Shown here piece after piece: positions 1 through 5,026 of a stretch of 5,026 bases of DNA. The position numbers were made by a program, and so were the translations under genes. Origin of the DNA: Promethearchaeota archaeon (GTDB taxonomy: Archaea > Asgardarchaeota > Thorarchaeia > Thorarchaeales > Thorarchaeaceae). Location: assembly GCA_027031765.1 (NCBI GenBank), contig JALVPN010000090.1, positions 1 through 5,026 on the forward strand, written 5' to 3'. Within the stretch, counting starts at the first letter, position 1. Every line of letters starts with the position of its first letter. The notes beneath the pieces are model-generated. The model did not search any database, was not told the origin of the DNA, and was given only the letters and a program-made list of their open reading frames with translations.

Positions 1-150
1 CTCTTCCTACTGAACGATATCCGTGTCCGGATATTCTTCCCGGAGTACTTCCTCCAGACACTCGTGGAAGGCCTGGACGCCAGCGACCCCGCTGCGATGG
101 AAATGGCCCACCAACACCTCCGTCTGCTCAGAGACAACTTCCCGCGCTGA
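1..150 (+). CDS. C-terminal end of an unidentified protein (5' truncated by window edge)
   Basis: Frame 1 is open from base 1 to TGA at 148-150: LFLLNDIRVRIFFPEYFLQTLVEGLDASDPAAMEMAHQHLRLLRDNFPR*. G/C is at the third position in 38 of 49 codons (hand count) and the composition is protein-like. No family recognised. Confidence 0.55.
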   Translation, partial: LFLLNDIRVRIFFPEYFLQTLVEGLDASDPAAMEMAHQHLRLLRDNFPR

Positions 151-398
151 GCGTTCCACCCCACCAGCCCCACGTCAGGACGTATGCGTGTCACGGCCTG
201 CTGACAGGAGCAGTTGTATCTGCCGTCACACTCGTGAAGTCAACCCCCAGTTCCGGATGTGGTGTTGGAGTACTGGCCGTGTGTGCGGCAGCAGCTCCAG
301 TGCATCCCGGCTCGAAGTCGGGCTCCATTGTCGTCCATACGGTATGTGCACCATCTCCCTAAATCCTCCTCTGTAGCGTGCCGAGAGTAGGGTGTGAG

Positions 399-771
399 AA
401 TACTCTTGCCTGTGGACACATCACCATACTTGGACGCGAATGCAGTCCTCTACTCCTGTGCTACACCCTTGTCCAATGTTTCTCTGAGGTCAAACTTGTT
501 GCTGACTACGCGGATATTACAGTCGGGGGATGCTTGGGGATGTCCAATCCACTCTTCAGGCCTGTTGGGCGTTGACTTCTTGATGCGTCGCATACAGCAA
601 GTGTAATCTTTGTCCCACTAGAGTAGTCAGAGACAACGTCAATGGATGTGCGGGTCCCGTGCCATTGCTGTGAGCCCTGTCCCATCGTACGTGGTACCCT
701 TGTCTGTTTTCCATCCACGCGCCACTTACGTGACTGGTCAACGAGCGCCCGCCCCAACACGGTCTGTAGTC
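399..771 (-). pseudogene. Decayed Rab/Ras-like small GTPase (several frameshifts, one in-frame stop, local deletions)
   Basis: Collinear motifs on the - strand across shifting frames: DYRP (760-771, switch-I-like); VDGK (707-718); WDRA (673-684, G3 WDTAGQ-like); YSSGTKITLAVCD (587-625, same length as Rab YYRGAHGIILVYD); DASRSQRPTGLK-fs-W (D-to-W spacing 13, as in DITNRESFNNLKQW); CNIRVVSNKFDL (G4 NKxD at 489-500); VAQE*RTAFASKYG (TAG at 450-452, matches VSTEEGQAFAEKxG residue for residue); DVSTGKSI (to 399, truncated G5-like). Confidence 0.68.
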
Positions 772-1010
772 AGTGTAGTGTGTGTGTCAGTACGGTGCCA
801 CATAGACACCGTGTTGCACCCACCACACGGTACCTTGCGGACAAGAAGATTCATATCTGGTTCTGACCAGTATAGTACGGGTCACTGTAGCGATACGGTG
901 GTCTGCTTGCTCACAGAGTGTGTGGCCAGCCCCGTCACAGGAACTCGCACTTGGACTCTGCACGCAGGTGTCCAACTCCGGAGTCCCCGGATGAGTTCTT
1001 GCGGTACTGG
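772..1010 (-). pseudogene. Possible upstream part (P-loop) of the decayed GTPase, or remnant of a second tandem copy
   Basis: EDQYRKNSSGDSGVGH on the - strand. GDSGVG (971-988) matches the Rab G1 GDSGVGKS up to the lost Lys and is in the same frame as VDGK and YSSG...VCD. It is about 75 codons and four TGA stops upstream of the switch-I-like segment, versus about 26 codons expected. Confidence 0.3.
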
Positions 1011-1136
1011 TCCTCTTGGACCGAACAGGTCCCCTTGCATTGAACTCTCGAGGCATCACGCCCGAGAGGATGAGTCCCCCCACTAGCTTGTTCTCATTGG
1101 CCGCACACTCGAGGAGGAGAGCAAGGAGGAAGCGGG

Positions 1137-1158
1137 GGTTCGCCGCCACCGGCGAACC
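1137..1158. other. Perfect 9-bp GC-rich hairpin with 4-nt loop
   Basis: GGTTCGCCG-CCAC-CGGCGAACC is seen directly. It adjoins a purine-rich tract at 1111-1136, which is a pyrimidine tract downstream of the hairpin on the - strand. Function unknown. Confidence 0.3.
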
Positions 1159-1429
1159 ACTTGCTTCCAGTCCCACAACTGTTTTCAGTCTTCCAACCGA
1201 CTGTCAAGTATTGCGCCCTGTGTCCCGTGTCCGTTCTCAGCACCACTGCGGGCTGGTCATTTCCCACCAGTAGACACTGTACCCATAGACCTCGGTGGAG
1301 TGCGTCGGACAGCACTTGTTGTCTACGAGCACCATGTCTGCGGAAGAGGGACTGCTGGTGGGCCCGACAGCCGTCCTGGGAGTAGCACGGCATTCCCGTC
1401 ACACGGCGCTTGAATGCGGCTCGTGGGAA

Positions 1430-1585
1430 AGGCCCTCTGACTGAGGCGACTCGTGCCAGGGTCCAGACTGTGAGCCACCGCGTCCTTCACGGGCCTGTCT
1501 GCAGCGACTATGCTTCCTCCCGACCTGGGGCCCACATGCATGCATACATCTTCTGGGACGCTGTGGCCGCTGTGCGTCAGGCCTG
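1430..1585 (-). ncRNA. Candidate structured RNA with SRP helix-8-like motif
   Basis: - strand CAGGUCGGGAGGAAGCA (1527-1511) differs from the SRP helix-8 core CAGGUCCGGAAGGAAGCA (E. coli 4.5S, from memory) by one deletion and one substitution. It is nested in stems UGUGGGCC/GGCCCGUG, GCCACAGCGUCC/GGACGCGGUGGC (1567-1556 with 1485-1474, 11 of 12 paired) and AGGCCUGAC/GUCAG-AG-GCCU, and lies just downstream of a TATA-like element on the same strand. The pairing directly flanking the motif is non-canonical. Confidence 0.25.
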
Positions 1586-1618
1586 CCAGGTGCGGTCACA
1601 CATACCCTAATGGATACA

Positions 1619-1644
1619 CATTACTTTTTTTAATAACATTTCAA
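1619..1644. promoter_or_regulatory. AT-rich archaeal promoter island, likely bidirectional (TATA-like boxes on both strands)
   Basis: The most AT-rich stretch I found in this GC-rich window: CATTACTTTTTTTAATAACATTTCAA. The + strand has TTTAATAA (1629-1636). The - strand reads GAAATG-TTATTAAA (BRE-like then TATA-like). It sits directly upstream of the + strand cluster. The T7 run (1625-1631) could also act as an archaeal oligo-T terminator. Confidence 0.6.
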
Positions 1645-1778
1645 GAGAGCGCATGTTGTTCCGGGTGACGGGGCCGTCCGTGTCGTCCGGTATTTCGTGT
1701 ATCGAGTCCCGGAAGTGTGTATCCGCATCGGGGGCCGGGGCTGCCCGTGCCGCCTGGCGTTTCTTGGAGCGACAGTCG

Positions 1779-3524
1779 ATGATTCACAACACATTCCTCC
1801 TCAGACTACCCGGCGGGGAGGTGCTGGCCTCCTCCCGGTACTGGCCAATAGAGGTGCCAGAAGAGAGCATCCGCGAGTTCCTGGCCACGCGTAGTGAGAT
1901 ACAGAGTGCTTCCAGTGATAGCATTGCAGAGCTGCCACTGATGATTGGTGACATGCGGATGCAGGCACAGCCGTGTGGCAAGGACGACGAGCTCCTGCTC
2001 GTCTTTACAACCGACCCTGGGGAGGACGAACGGCTCGTCAGTGAGAAGCTGAGGGAAGGGGCAAAGGCCATCAGTGCAGCAGTCGAGGAACACGGCCTGG
2101 AGTATGCAGTTGAGAACTACGAGTCCCTGATTGAGCCTGCTGTGACGACCCGCCTCAAGATAGCACTGGTCGGTGAGGGCGGCACTGGCAAGACGACTAC
2201 ACTCCACCTGCTGCTGGGCGACACTCCGCCGCTACAGTACGTGCCGACCATCGCCCTGAACCTTGAAACCGTAGAGAACATCCGTTTTGGGAGCTACTCG
2301 CTCGTGATATGGGACTTCGCAGGACAGGAGCGTTTCCGCCGTCTATGGAAGTTCTATTTTCACGGTGCGGACGTGATATTTCTCGTGTGTGACTCGACGC
2401 TGCGCAACGTCATTGTGAGCAAGGACATCCTGAAACTGATAAAGCGCGACGCCCCCAAGGTGCCGGTCTTCGCCATTGCCAACAAGCAGGACAAGCCCGG
2501 TGCAATGAAGCCTGACGTCATCCAGAAAATCCTCGGGGTGCCCACGTATCCGATGGTGGCCATTGATAAGAGCCGCCGTGAGGAGATGCTACGTATCCTG
2601 ATGAATGCTGCTGCACAGTACGTCGGTGTTGCACTGCCAGACCTCCCTGTTTCGGAGATCCTCCGCTTTGTGGACACGGATGCCGGACATCTTGGAGCGC
2701 CGTCAGTGTCGGTGCCGGTGTCATCCCAGGCCCCGACAGGGACCGGCGGGGCCCAGACCACAGGTACGACGGTGACGGCTGCGGTGGCTGAGGACACCAA
2801 AGAATCCGCCGAGGCGGTCGCAGGAGCGCCAGGAGATGAGGGGTTGGTGGAGGTCGTGGAGGAGGTGCTTGTCGATGAGGATGGCCGCGTAGTTGAAGGG
2901 GACGAGGAGTACGAGGTCATCGAGGAGATTGTGGAGGTAATAGAAGAGAGTGTTGAGACGGTCGACGGTGCTGGCCCCAAGACCACGGCGGGGGCTGGGC
3001 CGGTCTCTCAGGGGGCTGGAGGGCTCTCTATTGAGCCCGCCCCACAGACGCCGGGGGCCCCCGAGTCTGGTGTGACGGCAGAGTCGGATCAGGCGTCTAC
3101 AGTACCCGCCGGCCCAACGGCGCTGGTGCGCGAGATTGTTGTGGATGTCCCTGATGCAGACGAGATGGTCGAGGCAGAGCCTGAACAGGTACTCAACAAT
3201 GACATAGACGCCGCCCTAGAGGTCCTGCACCACGACGAGGTCGCAGCGGACGGTGACGACTCTTCTACGGAGGCCGACGAGCATGCTGTGGAGGAAATCC
3301 TTGACAGCCTTGATACGCCACACCGTCCTACAGGCCCGGCCAGAGATGAGGAGTCCCAATCGAGGTTCGACCTGCTCTTGGACGATATTGACGAGATGCT
3401 GAGCCGGATACATGATGCCCAGTGGGGGCCCGACGCAGAGGGTGGGGGTGCCGGTGCGGGTGACGAGGAGACTGACGATGCCGGGTCGGAGGGGCACGAG
3501 GAATCGCCGGACTCGGAAGACTGA
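1779..3524 (+). CDS. Longin-domain / Arf-like small GTPase fusion with long acidic low-complexity C-terminal tail (~581 aa; ORF is open from ATG 1653)
   Basis: G1 GEGGTGKT (2172-2195), G2 YVPTI (Thr 2247-2249), G3 WDFAGQ (2310-2327), G4 ANKQD (NKQD 2481-2492), G5-like MVAI (2553-2564). The N-terminal ~124 aa (MIHNTFLLRLPGGEVLASSRYW...ELLLVFTTDPGEDERLVSEKLREGAKAI) have the longin beta-beta-alpha-beta-beta-beta-alpha-alpha pattern. ATG 1779 is preferred because the longin-like sequence begins there and GGAG lies at 1766-1769. The tail from ~2630 is D/E-rich. Confidence 0.9.
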   Translation: MIHNTFLLRLPGGEVLASSRYWPIEVPEESIREFLATRSEIQSASSDSIAELPLMIGDMRMQAQPCGKDDELLLVFTTDPGEDERLVSEKLREGAKAISAAVEEHGLEYAVENYESLIEPAVTTRLKIALVGEGGTGKTTTLHLLLGDTPPLQYVPTIALNLETVENIRFGSYSLVIWDFAGQERFRRLWKFYFHGADVIFLVCDSTLRNVIVSKDILKLIKRDAPKVPVFAIANKQDKPGAMKPDVIQKILGVPTYPMVAIDKSRREEMLRILMNAAAQYVGVALPDLPVSEILRFVDTDAGHLGAPSVSVPVSSQAPTGTGGAQTTGTTVTAAVAEDTKESAEAVAGAPGDEGLVEVVEEVLVDEDGRVVEGDEEYEVIEEIVEVIEESVETVDGAGPKTTAGAGPVSQGAGGLSIEPAPQTPGAPESGVTAESDQASTVPAGPTALVREIVVDVPDADEMVEAEPEQVLNNDIDAALEVLHHDEVAADGDDSSTEADEHAVEEILDSLDTPHRPTGPARDEESQSRFDLLLDDIDEMLSRIHDAQWGPDAEGGGAGAGDEETDDAGSEGHEESPDSED

Positions 3525-3550
3525 TTTGTACGTGGCACCGAGTCAGTCCA

Positions 3551-3904
3551 GTGAGTCACTTGAAAATCAGGGATCTTGAGCCGGGGAAGCCGGTGTCTGA
3601 GCTTGTGGTGCGTGTGGTCTCCAAGGCCGCACCAAGGATAATCACTACACGTACGGGTCGGAAGACACAGCTCACCGAAGTGCTTGTGGCCGACGAGACC
3701 GGGACAGCAGTCCTGACCGTATGGGGTTTTGGTGAGAGTTCAGGCCTGAGTGTTGGTGCAGTAATCCGGTTGGTGGACGGTTGGGCCAAGGAGTGGCAGG
3801 GCCGGATACAGATTACCCTCGGCCGGTCAGGACGCTATGAGGTCGTACCGGACGATGGCACCATCCCGTCCATTGCTGACCTCGGGTCAAGGTCTGAGCA
3901 GTGA
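3551..3904 (+). CDS. ssb: Single-OB-fold single-stranded DNA-binding protein (Sulfolobus SSB / hSSB1 type)
   Basis: LKIRDLEPG...VRVVSK...TTRTGRK...VLVADETG...LTVWG...VIRLVDGWAKEWQGRIQITLGRSG follows the crenarchaeal SSB and hSSB1 (NABP) pattern, including ADETG and three aromatic ssDNA-stacking positions. GTG start, 26 nt after the GTPase stop. Confidence 0.88.
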   Translation: MSHLKIRDLEPGKPVSELVVRVVSKAAPRIITTRTGRKTQLTEVLVADETGTAVLTVWGFGESSGLSVGAVIRLVDGWAKEWQGRIQITLGRSGRYEVVPDDGTIPSIADLGSRSEQ

Positions 3905-3940
3905 TGAGAAGACTGATAGTCCTCCACGGTCGTGCCCACA

Positions 3941-4444
3941 ATGACACTCGTCTATCTCTCTGGCCCCATCATCCATGGTGCTCTCCGTCGCGACGACTTC
4001 TATCACACGGTCATCAGGACACTACAGGGTGCTGGCGTAGAGGTCTTCGCGCCGCAGTTCATTGGTGCCGACAGCCCCCGGGCTGTCTTTGAGCGCGACA
4101 CCAGCCACGTAAGGGCATGCGATGTGGTCGTGGCCGAGGTGTCGGGCCCATCGCACGGTGTGGGGATGGAAATAATGCTGTCGGTGGAGCTCCGGAAGCC
4201 CGTACTCCTCTTCAGGCACACAGACGCGCAGCCCCTGTCGTTCATGGTACGTGGTGCTCCTAGCACTGCACTGTTCGAATACGCGTCGCTCACCGATGTC
4301 GAGTCTGTGCTCGGGGTGCTCCCGGTCGACCGGCTCGTCGTGCACCAGTGTGGGAGGTGTACGTGTGGTGTTGCAGTGCCAGAGGGGGACGGTCTCAGGT
4401 GTATAGAGTGCGGTGGGGTGATGGGACGGGCACATGTCCGTTGA
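3941..4444 (+). CDS. Nucleoside 2-deoxyribosyltransferase-family protein, DNPH1/Rcl-like deoxynucleoside 5'-monophosphate N-hydrolase, with C-terminal Cys4 zinc ribbon (alternative GTG start 3932)
   Basis: VYLSGP, FERD, CDVVVAEVSGPSHGVGME and LSFMVRGA match the DNPH1 motifs (LYFCG, HEQD, ADVVVAEVTQPSLGVGYE, LSAMIRGA) with the Tyr, Asp, Glu and Ser active-site positions kept. Extra CGRC-x13-CIEC at 4349-4411. Confidence 0.85.
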   Translation: MTLVYLSGPIIHGALRRDDFYHTVIRTLQGAGVEVFAPQFIGADSPRAVFERDTSHVRACDVVVAEVSGPSHGVGMEIMLSVELRKPVLLFRHTDAQPLSFMVRGAPSTALFEYASLTDVESVLGVLPVDRLVVHQCGRCTCGVAVPEGDGLRCIECGGVMGRAHVR

Positions 4445-5026
4445 GACCGGTGTACCCACAGTCCGTCGGAGGGATGTCTCACTCCTCCTCTCGCTAGCAA
4501 TACTAATGGTGTCCAGTGCCAGCATCCTCATCCGGCTCAGTATATCGCACCCCCTTGCAATTGTCTTCTGGAGGACGTTCTATGGCGCGGTCATCATGGC
4601 TGGTGTGGGGCGTGTCCGTGGTGACTGGCACTGGTACCGGAGTGAGGAGCTCCGTCAGCGCTGGCACTGGCTTGTCCTGATTGGTGCCGTCCTCTCCCTG
4701 CACTTCACCACGTGGTTCACAAGCCTGTTCATGACAACGGTTGCGGCCAGCGTCGTACTCGTTGACATGTCGCCCATATTCACTGCAATTGTCTCGGTCG
4801 GTGTCCTGGGCCACAGTCTGAGCCGTCGGACTTCGGCCGGCATCCTCATTGCAACCATGGGTGCTGTGATGCTGGCCTTGGTGGACCTCGGCACTCCTGG
4901 TAACGATGCCTTTCTCGGAGACCTCCTGGCCCTCCTCAGCTCGGTCTTCCTTGCCCTCTACTTCATCGGCGGACAGGAGCACGCACGTGGTATCCCAAAC
5001 TCTGTCTACACTTCGCTGGTGTACCT
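4434..5026 (+). CDS. EamA/DMT-superfamily transporter (3' truncated by window edge; missing from supplied ORF track)
   Basis: ATG 4434 overlaps the previous gene by 11 nt and the frame is open to the window end: MSVETGVPTVRRRDVSLLLSLAILMVSSASILIRLSISHPLAIVFWRTFYG...LHFTTWFTSLFMTTVAASVVLVDMSPIFTAIVS...GDLLALLSSVFLALYFIGG. Multiple hydrophobic helices, typical EamA motifs, and the start of a second EamA repeat. Confidence 0.9.
   Translation, partial: MSVETGVPTVRRRDVSLLLSLAILMVSSASILIRLSISHPLAIVFWRTFYGAVIMAGVGRVRGDWHWYRSEELRQRWHWLVLIGAVLSLHFTTWFTSLFMTTVAASVVLVDMSPIFTAIVSVGVLGHSLSRRTSAGILIATMGAVMLALVDLGTPGNDAFLGDLLALLSSVFLALYFIGGQEHARGIPNSVYTSLVY

Noticed and set aside
17-34. 7-bp hairpin ATATCCG-TGTC-CGGATAT
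   Set aside because: Inside the probable upstream CDS and of a length expected by chance.
778-787. (GT)5 run and nearby short inverted repeat ACCGTGT/ACACGGT
   Set aside because: Too short to exceed chance. No CRISPR array, tandem repeat array or IS ends were seen anywhere in the window.
772-910. All four stops in the GDSGVG frame are TGA, suggesting selenocysteine or stop-codon reassignment
   Set aside because: The intact genes here end in TGA (150, 3524, 3904, 4444), the remnant also needs frameshifts and has a TAG, and no SECIS-like evidence was identified.
1131-1160. GGGGGTTCG...ACCA resembling a tRNA T-arm and 3' end
   Set aside because: The loop is TTCGCCG rather than TTCRANY, and no D-arm, anticodon arm or acceptor stem can be built upstream.
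1087-1413. Start-less + strand open frame (LVLIGRTLEEESKEE...VDTVPIDLGGVRRTALVVYEH)
   Set aside because: Parts look protein-like, but there is no start context or recognisable family. It could be another decayed gene, which I cannot support from sequence alone.
23-1610. Numerous short ORFs in the track on both strands (e.g. 23..376, 378..575, 646..1086, 787..1176, 1094..1402, 1161..1385, 1410..1610)
   Set aside because: Cys/Arg/Ser/Pro-rich, mutually overlapping, with no recognisable domains. The 506..760 and 556..741 ORFs are better explained as pieces of the decayed GTPase.
1653-1778. 42-aa N-terminal extension of the GTPase ORF
   Set aside because: Not used as the primary start: the composition is atypical, ATG 1653 is closer to the TATA-like box than a typical start site, and the longin-like sequence plus GGAG point to ATG 1779. 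Not formally excluded.
2360-3559. Long - strand ORFs 2360..2986 and 3089..3559
   Set aside because: Ser/Thr-rich antisense shadows produced by the GAG/GAC/GTG-rich codons of the acidic tail.
3901-4092. + strand ORF overlapping the SSB stop (GTGATG)
   Set aside because: Out of frame with, and overlapping, the well-supported DNPH1-like gene; no recognisable features.
4003-4982. - strand ORFs 4003..4500, 4022..4531, 4503..4982 and 4655..4894
   Set aside because: Antisense to the hydrolase and DMT genes, which have clear family motifs.

Overview
GC-rich archaeal-looking window, most likely from an Asgard archaeon. This is an inference from the longin-fused Arf-like small GTPase, a second Rab-like GTPase remnant and a Sulfolobus/hSSB1-type SSB. 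The right two-thirds is a tightly packed + strand cluster of four genes: (1) a three-part protein with a sigma/mu-adaptin-like longin domain, an Arf-like small GTPase with all five G motifs, and a ~300-aa very acidic, probably disordered tail carrying four LD-like motifs; (2) a single-OB-fold SSB; (3) a DNPH1/Rcl-like deoxynucleotide N-hydrolase with an extra C-terminal Cys4 zinc ribbon; (4) an EamA/DMT transporter that runs off the window end and is absent from the ORF track. The left 1.6 kb has no credible intact ORF except the last 49 codons of an upstream gene. On the - strand it hides a frameshifted Rab-like small GTPase pseudogene (~399-771, possibly extending to ~1010) and a candidate structured RNA with an SRP helix-8-like motif (~1430-1585). 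An AT-rich, probably bidirectional archaeal promoter at ~1619-1644 separates the two arms. All homology calls come from motif recognition and hand alignment, not database searches.
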